Part shown: in pieces, positions 25,050-34,187 of the stretch | How the letters are laid out: each line of letters opens with the position of its first letter | How positions within the stretch are numbered: the first letter of the stretch is position 1 | DNA from: a virus | Lineage: Duplodnaviria > Caudoviricetes | Virus record (IMG/VR): IMGVR_UViG_3300037420_001133 | Location: 1 to 45,119 of that record | Direction: 5' to 3' (one strand) | Length of the DNA stretch: 45,119 nucleotides | Notes under the pieces: generated by a model | What the model saw: only the letters and a program-made list of their open reading frames with translations | Databases searched by the model: none | What the model was told of the DNA's origin: nothing | Program-made: the position numbers and the translations under genes

Positions 25050-26078
25050 TCAGGACTGGAGCCGCTGGGCGGCGTCGTCGTTCACGGCCGCCGCGATCTC
25101 AGCAGCGGTCGGGGGCGCCGGCAGCAGCGCGGCGACCTTCGCGGCGAGCGCGTCCAGCTCCGCATCTGTCAGGTTGACCGGGCCGGTTTCGATCGGGCCG
25201 TGTGTCTCGGCCTTCCAGCCGGTGAGGATGATGCCCGGTGTGCCGTTCCATGCCTGCCACACGCCCGGCTGGGTGCCGTTGTCGCGGCCCAGGTTCCGCG
25301 CTCCGAACAGGTGCTGGTTGACGAGATCCTGCACCGCGGCGGGGGTGCCGACGTAGTGACTCTTGAAGTCGTCGGTGCACAGGAACACCTGGCCGTGTGT
25401 TGGCGAGTTCGGGTCGGTGTCGGTGGCGAGGAACATGGGCATCTCCAAGGTGATCGATTCGGCTTCGACCCGCGGAAGTCCGATCAATTGCGCGTACTCG
25501 TCGACCGTTCCACGGAACGCGTTCATGTCGATCGGCGTCGAGGTGTACTGCCACTGCACCGGCGCCGGGGCACCGGAGTAGTACGGGGCCCAGCCGGGTC
25601 CGCTCTCGGTGTACCCGGCATTCGGGTAGTTCGACGAGACGAGGTGTAGCCCAGCCGCGGTCAACTCGCCCAACCGGTGCGGCGCGCCCATCGGGCCGGC
25701 CCAGTACCAGAACGGCAGGTACACCAGGGAGGCGATGCCGCCCAGCGCGCGGTAGGCGGCGGTGAACCCGAGCAGGTCGTCGACGGTCAGCGGCCCTGCG
25801 TAGCCGGTGTTCCCCGCCACATCCTCGGCGTCGATCATTACCGGAACGTCGGGGCCGACGTGCTGGAGACACCACTTCGCCTGCCTCTGCAGGTTCCCGT
25901 GGTTCAGCCAGTGGTAGGCGGCAAACACGGTCCCCACCACCTCGGCCTTCTGCTTGAACGTGGCGTAGGTCGGGTCGGCCACCCGGTCCGACAGGGTCGC
26001 GCGGGCGATCAGCACCGGGTACTTGGCAGGGTCAACGTTCGGGGTGTACTGCGACACGTCGGGGTAGAAGATCGTCAT
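25050..26078 (-). CDS. Endolysin, GH25 muramidase
   Basis: DVSQY, AYHWL, IDAE, WQYTS, DMNAF; TGATG coupling. Confidence 0.88.
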   Translation of the reverse strand: MTIFYPDVSQYTPNVDPAKYPVLIARATLSDRVADPTYATFKQKAEVVGTVFAAYHWLNHGNLQRQAKWCLQHVGPDVPVMIDAEDVAGNTGYAGPLTVDDLLGFTAAYRALGGIASLVYLPFWYWAGPMGAPHRLGELTAAGLHLVSSNYPNAGYTESGPGWAPYYSGAPAPVQWQYTSTPIDMNAFRGTVDEYAQLIGLPRVEAESITLEMPMFLATDTDPNSPTHGQVFLCTDDFKSHYVGTPAAVQDLVNQHLFGARNLGRDNGTQPGVWQAWNGTPGIILTGWKAETHGPIETGPVNLTDAELDALAAKVAALLPAPPTAAEIAAAVNDDAAQRLQS

Positions 26079-26638
26079 CAGGCCACCTGCTGAAGCCGCA
26101 TGTACGACCCCGCCTTCACCGTGGACGCTGAGGCGTTGCTGGAGTTCTGCGCCCACTGCAGCTGAAACGTGCCCGCGTTCGCACCAACGACCAGATCACC
26201 CTTGATGTGGACACCGAAGATGGTGGTGGTCAGGCCAATCGCGGTAGTGGCGGTCGGCGAGCCGGTGTCGAGGGACTTCCCGGCCCACTCTGCCTCGAAG
26301 TCCGTCGCCACGGCCGGCGGCCAGTTGACGTGCGGTGCGGCCTGCGCGTAGCTGGCGCTCGACCCAGACGGTTGGGTGAATGCGTACTTCATGTCGCCGG
26401 CCGCGCTGCCGCCCGCGTTGATGGCCAGCAGGAGAAGGTCGAATACGTACGACGCGTTCGCGGCGACGGGCACGAACAGGTCACTGTCATTTTGCAGGGT
26501 CGTGTTGCTGGAGATCGACTGGTCGTTGGCCTTACGTACGAACAGCGGGAGCGCGAACCGGATCGCCGCAATCCACGCGTTAATCGTCGTGCTGGGCAGG
26601 GTGCCGCCGTTGAAGTCCGCTAGAACGGGAACGCCCAC
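26078..26638 (-). CDS. Minor tail protein / short fibre
   Basis: RK..DQS.SSNTTLQNDSDL...V.AN..Y, GT.QLQWAQ...S...VKAGS. Confidence 0.75.
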   Translation of the reverse strand: MGVPVLADFNGGTLPSTTINAWIAAIRFALPLFVRKANDQSISSNTTLQNDSDLFVPVAANASYVFDLLLLAINAGGSAAGDMKYAFTQPSGSSASYAQAAPHVNWPPAVATDFEAEWAGKSLDTGSPTATTAIGLTTTIFGVHIKGDLVVGANAGTFQLQWAQNSSNASASTVKAGSYMRLQQVA

Positions 26639-26647
26639 GTCACCCTC

Positions 26648-27319
26648 CTAGAACGGGACCACGTCGAGGAACTGCGCCGGATAAGACGTGTCGGCTTTGA
26701 GCCATGGGCCGACCTGGCCGGCGGCTTGCCCCACCAGCGGTGAGCAGGTGAACGTGACGATCCGCTCGTCAATCCCGATGCTGTGGGCGATACCGTCCAC
26801 GAACACCGACCGACACTCCGCCGGCCACGTCGACGGGGTGTTCGCGAGGGCGACCCGGGTGCCTTCGGTGATGGACAGGATCCGCCAGCATTCCGCCGGG
26901 GTGCGGGGTAGCAGGTCGAACGTGAGCACCGGCGGCCGTTGCAGAAACACGTTCTCGTAGGTGGTGACGAAGGTGGTCAGCGCGGCCGCGTCCGCGTCGA
27001 GCGCCGTGTCCAGTTCCACCCCTCCGGGGTCGAACGTCCCGTATTCGGCGATGGAGGCCGCGTTCGTCACGCTGGCCGATATTCCGCCGGTGCGGGTAGC
27101 GGTCAGCGAGTTCGACGGCGGAACGGGTCGCCAGGCTAGGGGTTGGCTGATCCAGGTGTAGTCCAGCGTGACGGACGCCGGGAAGATCGACGACGCGAAG
27201 ACGTAGTCGTTGAGAAGTGCCGCGAGGGGCGAGTCGATGACGTCTGGCCGGGCGATCAGGTCGTCGACGTCGTACAGCGCCGCGTCGAAGTCGGGCAGCG
27301 CCTTGCCTGGGGACGGCAT
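26648..27319 (-). CDS. Minor tail protein (C-terminal-half-like)
   Basis: N..TATR.GG, SIAEYG, R...LT.DLL, V.GI.H.I...VTF..SP; ATG 27319 coupled. Confidence 0.7.
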   Translation of the reverse strand: MPSPGKALPDFDAALYDVDDLIARPDVIDSPLAALLNDYVFASSIFPASVTLDYTWISQPLAWRPVPPSNSLTATRTGGISASVTNAASIAEYGTFDPGGVELDTALDADAAALTTFVTTYENVFLQRPPVLTFDLLPRTPAECWRILSITEGTRVALANTPSTWPAECRSVFVDGIAHSIGIDERIVTFTCSPLVGQAAGQVGPWLKADTSYPAQFLDVVPF

Positions 27320-28134
27320 CAGCCCTGCGACCAGGACAGTGAACCGGCCACCGCGCCCAGGGCGGTACCGGTCGGCCAGTACACCAACTGCAGGGTGCTG
27401 TTGTCCCACACCGACGGCAGGCCCAGCGCCTGAAATCCGGCGGTGTTCCCGGTCGCGGTGAGCGGGGTAGCGATCTCGGCGACGAGCCGGAACGCGACGA
27501 CATGGATCGCGCCGGACACGTAGGACGTGCCGAGGGTGACAGTCTGCACGGACCGAACCCCGTCGTCGCCGGCGGCCAGCGCGAACGGCTGCCACGTCCC
27601 CGCCACCGCGGTCGCGGGGAACGAGGACAGGGTCGCGGTCTTCGAGCCGGTGCCGAGGCTGTTGGTGTAGGTCACGGTGGTGTTCGTGATCGGTGAACCG
27701 TTGCCGGTCGCGGACGAACACTCCAGCGCCAGGTACACCTTGGACCCGTTCGTGGACGCGGACGAGTCCCGCGCCGGCCATGTCGGGGAGGTGACTGCCT
27801 GCCCGGTGGTGGTGGTGACCACGGGTACGTTTCCCCATAGCCGGTCGATCAGCCAGATGTGGCCGATGTTCCCGGACTGCACCATCGACCAGCGGGCGAG
27901 TTTGATGAATGCCGATGTCACCGGGCTGGGGGTCGGGATCGACCCGCTGATGGTGCCGGAGAACGTCGCACCGTTCAGGCCACCGGTCGGGGCGCTCCCA
28001 GCGCCGATGATCCCGGTCTGGTACCAGGGGGTGTGCGGCTGCCCGGCGGCCTTCGCGGTACCGGCATCCTTCGCCACGACCTGCGGGATACCGATGTTAT
28101 TCGCGACGATGTCGTCGATCTTCGTGAAGCTCAC
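27319..28134 (-). CDS. Beta-rich virion protein (tail accessory)
   Basis: G/T/S/A-rich; LIDRLW, YTNS.G, L.AGD.GVRSVQ. Confidence 0.75.
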   Translation of the reverse strand: MSFTKIDDIVANNIGIPQVVAKDAGTAKAAGQPHTPWYQTGIIGAGSAPTGGLNGATFSGTISGSIPTPSPVTSAFIKLARWSMVQSGNIGHIWLIDRLWGNVPVVTTTTGQAVTSPTWPARDSSASTNGSKVYLALECSSATGNGSPITNTTVTYTNSLGTGSKTATLSSFPATAVAGTWQPFALAAGDDGVRSVQTVTLGTSYVSGAIHVVAFRLVAEIATPLTATGNTAGFQALGLPSVWDNSTLQLVYWPTGTALGAVAGSLSWSQG

Positions 28135-29522
28135 GAGTTGTACCTCCGGGTCCGCGGGTCGAACACGAGCAGCCCCTGCCCGTTGGTACGCAACCGGCCC
28201 TGCTCGGTGGTTTCCGCCTCACGCATCGCCGTCAGCGGGGTCTTCCCGGCGAAGGTCGGCTGCTGCATGGTCGCGATACCCGGGTCGATGAAGCCCAGGT
28301 CCGTTGCGGGAACACCGGCATACTTCGCCAAGGTCACAATCCGCTGACCGGTGGTTTGACCGGCGAGACCAGACCGCCCCATCGCGTACTGCGCCAGGTG
28401 CATCGCACGGGTGATCGCCGTGGCGCCGCTGTAGATCTGGAGGTGAGCGATCGACCCGTAGGTCTCCTCACCGACCGTCAGCGTGTCGAACGTCATCGAC
28501 GCAGGGGGGCTTCCCGACATTGTTCCCGACGCGGTCAGGCCCGGCCCGACCCAGAGTTCCACCAGCCCGGACGGCAGTGTCACCCGCATAGTCACAAGGG
28601 TCCAGGAGCCGCGGGGAACCGTGGGGCCGGGCGTGAGGGTGGCGATCGACGCGCTGGCCTGCGACTGCGCGGTGATGGAGTTGAACGGTCGGTCTTGCAG
28701 GACGAAGTTCGTCGAGCTTGGGCCGGACAGCCAGAACACAAAGTCGTCAGGTTGGTTCAGGTTCGCGATGTCATCGAACAGCACCCACGCGCTGACGCCG
28801 AGGGTCTGGCTGGTTGTCAGGGCATACGAAGTGGTGATGAGCGGGAAGGCGACAACGCCAGCCGGGCCCATGACCGGCACGATCTTCTCAACGGTCAGAT
28901 CGTCGCCGGGTGGGCCCGACCGGTTCCGGTAACTGACCATCGTCGTGTCCGGCCCCGACACCGACCCGACGATCGAGTCCGTCAAGACCGGCAGCACCGT
29001 CGAACCCACAACGGGGCGGAACGGCGCCACGGGATCGCTCATCGTCCAGTACCCGACCAGGTCGGTACCGGCGTTGTACAGGATGTGCTCACCGAGCACC
29101 GACACCATCGGTCGGCCCGTGCCGGCACGGCCGAGACGGTCGATTGCGCTCACGGTCATGTACTGGTCGACACCTCGCTCGGCCCAGTCACTGGTTTCCG
29201 GCGGCTGGATGAACCCCGTGAACAGGTCGAACCGCTTCCCGGCGATCGTCTCGTAGCACCGGATCCGCCGGCCGGGCTTCCAGTTCGGCGACAACGGGCT
29301 CGACGTGTTCCCGAAGGTAAACCGGTGGTCGGAGTTATCGAGGCTCACGGTCATCCGGTTGCCGTTGTCCGACGCCCCGGTGGAGCTCGTGATCCCGGGG
29401 ATGCTGATCGGCGGACCCCCGCCGGGGGCAAGCGCGTAGCTGGTGATGTCCTGCCACGTCGGGTTGGTGACCGACAGCGGATCCGCTGACCATTCGAGGT
29501 GGTAGTTCTCCCACGCGCTCAC
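28131..29522 (-). CDS. Minor tail protein with LamG-like domain
   Basis: WQDIT.Y, LDN.D.RF, LFTGFI, YW.M.D, GQTTGQRI, E.TE.G.L; follows the tape measure gene. Confidence 0.8.
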   Translation of the reverse strand: MSAWENYHLEWSADPLSVTNPTWQDITSYALAPGGGPPISIPGITSSTGASDNGNRMTVSLDNSDHRFTFGNTSSPLSPNWKPGRRIRCYETIAGKRFDLFTGFIQPPETSDWAERGVDQYMTVSAIDRLGRAGTGRPMVSVLGEHILYNAGTDLVGYWTMSDPVAPFRPVVGSTVLPVLTDSIVGSVSGPDTTMVSYRNRSGPPGDDLTVEKIVPVMGPAGVVAFPLITTSYALTTSQTLGVSAWVLFDDIANLNQPDDFVFWLSGPSSTNFVLQDRPFNSITAQSQASASIATLTPGPTVPRGSWTLVTMRVTLPSGLVELWVGPGLTASGTMSGSPPASMTFDTLTVGEETYGSIAHLQIYSGATAITRAMHLAQYAMGRSGLAGQTTGQRIVTLAKYAGVPATDLGFIDPGIATMQQPTFAGKTPLTAMREAETTEQGRLRTNGQGLLVFDPRTRRYNS

Positions 29523-31324
29523 CGGGCGGCGCCCACCGGCAGCAATTCGTCGACGGTGCGGAACCCGGACCGGCGGCCATGATCCACCAGGATCGAGCGG
29601 ATCTTCTCGCCGTTCAAGGTGAGGTCGATCTGGAACCGGTCGGTCCCTCCCCCACTCCCGGCCGGAGTGATGTAGCCGTCCTGGGCCGGGGTAAAGGTTT
29701 CCACCCCGTACTCGTTGACGACGTACGTCTGGCCGAGCTTCACGGGCCCGCCGCCGGCGCGGTGGCCAGCACTGCCATACCGGTTCACGTCATGCGGGGC
29801 GACGTTCTGCGCCAGGCCCGAGCTGTTGATGGCGCTGATCGCCTCGATAACGTTCACGTAGTAGGTGCCGGCCAGCTTGTCGAGATCCCTCTTACTCAAC
29901 CCGGCCTTGACGCCCATCGCCTCGATCGCCGCGATCGCGTTGTCATACGTGGCGTTCGCGGCGTCAACGGCGGCCTTGCTGGCGTTAGCCCCACCGGCCA
30001 TCTGAATCTGCGCGTCCCGGGCCTGCTGCGCGTCACCGATCAGGCCGCGAATGACGTCCTGGTTGTGCAGCCCAGCGAGAGAGTTGTCCGCCAGAGACCG
30101 CGAGTTCGCGTCAAGGTTGTCCCTCAACGACAGCAGATCCTCTTTGAACTTGGCGTTGGCCTGATCGGCTGACAACTGGTTGCCGAGGAGGTGGGACAGT
30201 TCGCCGTTCATCTTTTGTAGCCCCGCGGCTGCGGCCTCCGCCGCCCTCGCGGTACCACCCAACCCCCTGGTCAGGTCGTCGGCGCCCTTCGCGCCGCCGT
30301 GGAGCACCTCGGCCATCCTGGCCCCAGCGCCCGCGAAGTCGCCGGACATGAAGTCGCCGAAGGCAGACAGCGTCTCGTAGCCCTTGGACAGCCCCTCCAG
30401 CAGATACCCGACGCCCTCAACGGTGCCCTCGACGATCGCGAGGAGGGAATGCAACCCGTCTCTCGCGCCGCCTGCTCCCTGCGATAGGGAGTGGAAGAAG
30501 GTACTGAACGCCGCGCCCAGCCCGGGAAGGTCCCGGGCCAGCTCGTCGAGGATCGGGCCGGACGCGTCCAGCGCCTCCAGGAAGCCGGGTGCGGCCTTCT
30601 CGCCGAACTTCTCCAGCCCGGCGAACACCTTCTCGGCGTGCGGCGCCAACTTGTCGAACGCCTTCTCCAGCACCGGTTCGGCCCTGGTGAACTCATCACG
30701 GAACATGTGCGCGGCATCCACGAGCACTGGCGCGAACGCCCGCGTAGAGTCAATCAGCACGCCGGAGGCGGTTGACTTCAGCTCGTCGAACGCCTTCTGT
30801 ACCGCCGCGTCGTGGAGTTGCGCAACGACACCCGTAGCGACACCGCCGAGGCCCACACCAGCCAGCAGGACACCGTTGATGGCGGCGCCGATCGCCGTGG
30901 ATGACAGCACGATCGCACCGGCGATTCCGGCGCCGACGGCGACCTGAGCTTGCGGCGGAAGTGACCCGAACGCGTTCCCGAGGAACTGGATGCCCTTCTG
31001 CGAGCCCTCCTCGAACCCGGTGTCGACCGCCTTCGCGACCTGCTTCGACAGGCTCTCCAGCGACTTCAGGTTCTTCTCGGCGCCCTTCAGCGCGGCGAAA
31101 ACGTCCTTATTGCCGGTCCGCTCGAACTCCTGGCCGAGCTGCCGAACCTGCCCCTTCGTCTTGGCGATCTGATCCTCGAGGAACTTCGAGAACGTGGTGG
31201 TCTTCTGCATCGACTTACCGGAGTCGTCGACCTGCTTCGAGAGTTTCTCGAACTCGTCGGCGAGGAGCGACAGCTCTTTACTGTTCTTGCGCGCAATTAC
31301 GTCAAGGACCAGATCCTTCGCCAT
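29519..31324 (-). CDS. Tape measure protein
   Basis: Ala/Gly-rich helical, 601 aa; RAGGGPV..G..Y.V.E.G.E.F.P C-terminal motif. Confidence 0.92.
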   Translation of the reverse strand: MAKDLVLDVIARKNSKELSLLADEFEKLSKQVDDSGKSMQKTTTFSKFLEDQIAKTKGQVRQLGQEFERTGNKDVFAALKGAEKNLKSLESLSKQVAKAVDTGFEEGSQKGIQFLGNAFGSLPPQAQVAVGAGIAGAIVLSSTAIGAAINGVLLAGVGLGGVATGVVAQLHDAAVQKAFDELKSTASGVLIDSTRAFAPVLVDAAHMFRDEFTRAEPVLEKAFDKLAPHAEKVFAGLEKFGEKAAPGFLEALDASGPILDELARDLPGLGAAFSTFFHSLSQGAGGARDGLHSLLAIVEGTVEGVGYLLEGLSKGYETLSAFGDFMSGDFAGAGARMAEVLHGGAKGADDLTRGLGGTARAAEAAAAGLQKMNGELSHLLGNQLSADQANAKFKEDLLSLRDNLDANSRSLADNSLAGLHNQDVIRGLIGDAQQARDAQIQMAGGANASKAAVDAANATYDNAIAAIEAMGVKAGLSKRDLDKLAGTYYVNVIEAISAINSSGLAQNVAPHDVNRYGSAGHRAGGGPVKLGQTYVVNEYGVETFTPAQDGYITPAGSGGGTDRFQIDLTLNGEKIRSILVDHGRRSGFRTVDELLPVGAAR

Positions 31325-31325
31325 G

Positions 31326-31936
31326 TCACCCCCCGAGTTGCGCGGCCCGGTAGCGGTGGGCGAAGGCGAGGAACGCTTTCATCTGGTGGTAGTCCATGTC
31401 GAGGAAGTCAGCCTCCGACCGGAACTGCGGGAACACATGGAGAAGCAGTGGCAGGTTTCCCCGAACTACTCGGAGGATGTCGTCTCCGGGTCGGAGCCGC
31501 TGCCTTTTCCCGGGCTCTCGGGGTCCTCATCCGGAAGGATCAGGTACCGGGACAGCCCGGAGTCGAAGTCGAAGTCGCGCAAGTCGGGTACGTCGATCTT
31601 CGCTCGCTTCAGGGCGAGCCACGCCAGCGCGAGGAGTGCACCGAAGTGGGTCTGCCGCTTCTGTTTCTCGACCTTCTTGGTGGACCCGTCAGGCTGTTCC
31701 TCGTCGGCTTCGACCATCACGGGGGCGCCGTATTCGTCGAACACTGGCGTTCCGTCCAGCGCCTCATGCCATTCGTCCGGGTCAGCGAAGCCCTTTCGTT
31801 CCCCGTCCGTGTCGACGAAGAACGGGCGCTGCATCTCCGCCGCTTCCCGCGCGGACGGTCGCAACGTGATCTCCAGCCATTCCTCGCATCCGAACCGCTT
31901 GCGGTCCTCATCGGACAGCCGCAGACGAGCGGACAT
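31326..31936 (-). CDS. Tail assembly chaperone, -1 frameshifted long form (gpGT-like)
   Basis: G GGA AAA at 31511-31505; the -1 frame stays open to TGA 31328-31326, 1 nt before the TMP ATG. Confidence 0.85.
31466..31936 (-). CDS. Tail assembly chaperone (gpG-like)
   Basis: ATG 31936 coupled; ends just after ...PGK slippery site. Confidence 0.85.
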   Translation of the reverse strand: MSARLRLSDEDRKRFGCEEWLEITLRPSAREAAEMQRPFFVDTDGERKGFADPDEWHEALDGTPVFDEYGAPVMVEADEEQPDGSTKKVEKQKRQTHFGALLALAWLALKRAKIDVPDLRDFDFDSGLSRYLILPDEDPESPGKGSGSDPETTSSE

Positions 31937-32454
31937 CAGGCCCTCTCTAGCATTTCGCGGGTTTCGTCCAGCGCGCGGTCGATCTCGGCACGGAACGTTT
32001 TGATGTTGTCCCTGATCGGTGGCCAGAACCACGGGTCAGCAGTCTGTGATACCCAGGCGTTCCGGTTGCCCAAGACGGGGTGGCGCCACGGTTTGCCGGA
32101 GTCGAAGTGCCGGGGCATCGACCTGAGGTTCTCGGGGAGTTTCGCTTCGGCGATCCGGAACCGGACCCGTGGGTTGTCTTCTTCGACGCGCACGTCGAGG
32201 GTTGCCGCCTCGGCGATTCTCCGGCGGGTGCCGTGCGCCTCGACAACCTTTTCGAACGGGTGGCGCGCGCCCGGCTTCCGGAACCCGGTCGTCTTGATGT
32301 CCTCAGCGGACTTCTTGACCGCGTCGAGGGTGGGTTTCCCGGCACGGCGCATCGCCTTGCCGAGGTTGCGCCGCAGGTCCACCCGGTCCGCCTGGCGGAG
32401 CGCGCGGGCCATCCGGCGTAGGTCTTCCGAGCCTTTGACGGTGACGTCGAGCAT
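31936..32454 (-). CDS. Tail completion protein (HK97 gp10-like)
   Basis: Basic; WRHPV.G....WV.Q...PWF. Confidence 0.75.
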   Translation of the reverse strand: MLDVTVKGSEDLRRMARALRQADRVDLRRNLGKAMRRAGKPTLDAVKKSAEDIKTTGFRKPGARHPFEKVVEAHGTRRRIAEAATLDVRVEEDNPRVRFRIAEAKLPENLRSMPRHFDSGKPWRHPVLGNRNAWVSQTADPWFWPPIRDNIKTFRAEIDRALDETREMLERA

Positions 32455-33482
32455 CAGGGGGTTGTGTCCTGAGACTCGTATTCGAGCTGGATCAGCGGGT
32501 TGCTGCCGGCGTCGTCTTCGTAGGCGGTGAACGTGACCTTCCCGTCGACGATGTCCGGTCCCCCGGCTTCGGGTTGGGCAGGTTCGAACTTCACCGCCGG
32601 GTACGTGGCCCGCAGGACGGGGAAGTTGCCGCTGCCGTCGTTGGTGACACCGGTCCAGATGAACTGCAGCACGGTGGTGGTGTCAGCGTCGACGAGGTCC
32701 ATGACCTGGGTGCGGTCCGCGAACTCCAGGTCGAGGTCGCCGGTGTACTGGCGGAAGTCGTTCTCCAGCTGCTCGCTTTTCACCCCGGCGCCGCCGGCGA
32801 CGCGACGGTCGGTACGCAGCGGAGTGGTGCCCTTCAGCGACAGTCCCCGCAGGCCCTTGATGGTGGAGCCACCGGACACGGTGGTGCGACCACTGGAGGT
32901 GGTCGCGGTACCGCCGATGGAGGTGGTGAGGATGCCCCAGTGGAACTCTTCGAGGGAGGCCAGGTAGGAGGCGGACGCGAGGGCGGTGGCGGTGGTCCAG
33001 TTCCACGCGTCGACGGTGATGGTGGCCTCAACGAGGTCATCCATCTGGCAGGCGATTTCCCAGTCGGTGATCTTGCAGCCGTTGAAGGTGTAGGGCCGCA
33101 CCGTCGACGAGTACGACTCGCCGAAGCCGCCCTGCATCGTCATGCTCTTCCCGACGAGATCACCGGGGGTGTGGATCTGCCGCCACGTCAGCGACGACGC
33201 GATCTGCGCCGTGCTGCTGCTGCCCATCATGTGCTTCAGGAACACCCCGAAACCCTTGGAGAACACCGTCATCGGGACGACGAGGCCGCTGTCGACACCG
33301 GTCTTCACCCGGTTACGGGCACGGTGGCCGCGGGCCGCGGCGCGCAGCCCCGAAGACGTCTTGGTGATCTTCTCGTTCTTCGGCCTCAGGCTGTGGACCT
33401 CATAGAACCGGGTCACCGTCACCGGTGTACCGACGGTCGATTCCTCGGCGAGACCGAACTGGGTGGACAGGCCGGACGGCAT
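32454..33482 (-). CDS. Major tail tube protein
   Basis: SGL..Q.G.A.E.T.GT.VT..RF; KS.T.Q.G; GCKITDWE. Confidence 0.88.
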   Translation of the reverse strand: MPSGLSTQFGLAEESTVGTPVTVTRFYEVHSLRPKNEKITKTSSGLRAAARGHRARNRVKTGVDSGLVVPMTVFSKGFGVFLKHMMGSSSTAQIASSLTWRQIHTPGDLVGKSMTMQGGFGESYSSTVRPYTFNGCKITDWEIACQMDDLVEATITVDAWNWTTATALASASYLASLEEFHWGILTTSIGGTATTSSGRTTVSGGSTIKGLRGLSLKGTTPLRTDRRVAGGAGVKSEQLENDFRQYTGDLDLEFADRTQVMDLVDADTTTVLQFIWTGVTNDGSGNFPVLRATYPAVKFEPAQPEAGGPDIVDGKVTFTAYEDDAGSNPLIQLEYESQDTTP

Positions 33483-33485
33483 CGG

Positions 33486-33731
33486 TTACTCCTTGCCCTT
33501 GGCCGGCTTCGCCGGGAGTTCGAGGTCCCAGGTGGCTTTGTCCCACGACATCAGCCGTCCCGGGTTGTCCGGGTCACCGGTGGGGTGCAGCAGAAGCCAC
33601 GCGTCATCCACGGGCTGTTCGTCGGCGAGGCGGCCGGCGACTTCCACCACGGCGCCGTGTTCGACGACGCGGCCCTGCAGGAACGCGACTTCCCGGTCCC
33701 CACCGTTGTTGCGTAGCCTCACCAGGTCCAT
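33486..33731 (-). CDS. Small virion-associated protein
   Basis: Between terminator and tube genes; Lys-rich tail. Confidence 0.7.
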   Translation of the reverse strand: MDLVRLRNNGGDREVAFLQGRVVEHGAVVEVAGRLADEQPVDDAWLLLHPTGDPDNPGRLMSWDKATWDLELPAKPAKGKE

Positions 33732-33740
33732 CGGTGCCTC

Positions 33741-34187
33741 TCAGAACAGTCGGGTGCTGAAGCCAACGTGGGCGACGATTTCGGTTTCCACCTCGTCGTC
33801 GTCCAGGGCGTACGTCATGTCGAAGCCGGTGATGCCGGCGTACCGCAGGCCGGCCATGCCGCCCATCGTCACGTCGGCGGCCAGGAGCGCGTCGATGGTG
33901 TCGAGGAGGGTGAGGGCGGCGTCGTCGGAGTCGGTGACCGCGCCGCCGGGGATGTCCACCAGCAGGTGGAGGTCGACGGTGAACTTCCGGTCCCGGGGCT
34001 TCGTGCCGGATGTCATCGCCGCGTAGTTCTGCTCCACGGTGGTGCGGCCGCCGTAGATGTAGGTGCGGGTCCCGCCGGCGGAGATGCCGGAATAGGCGTA
34101 GTCGACGGTGATGTGCGCGAACGCGGGCGCGGCTTTGATCGCCGCGATGAGGGTGCGTTTCGCCAGTCCGACGTTGAGGTTGTTCAC
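33741..34187 (-). CDS. Tail terminator
   Basis: Size, position, L.AD.T.GG motif. Confidence 0.7.
   Translation of the reverse strand: MNNLNVGLAKRTLIAAIKAAPAFAHITVDYAYSGISAGGTRTYIYGGRTTVEQNYAAMTSGTKPRDRKFTVDLHLLVDIPGGAVTDSDDAALTLLDTIDALLAADVTMGGMAGLRYAGITGFDMTYALDDDEVETEIVAHVGFSTRLF

Noticed and set aside
27320-27838. Long N-terminal extension of ORF 26648-27838
   Set aside because: Out-of-frame overlap with the 271-aa gene; ATG 27319 is coupled to that gene's stop.
26078-29522. Diversity-generating retroelement or invertible tail-fibre switch
   Set aside because: No reverse transcriptase, invertase or template/variable repeat pair seen by eye.
31011-31026. Second LexA-like box TCGAACCCGGTGTCGA
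   Set aside because: Two mismatches, inside the tape measure gene, no promoter or ORF context.
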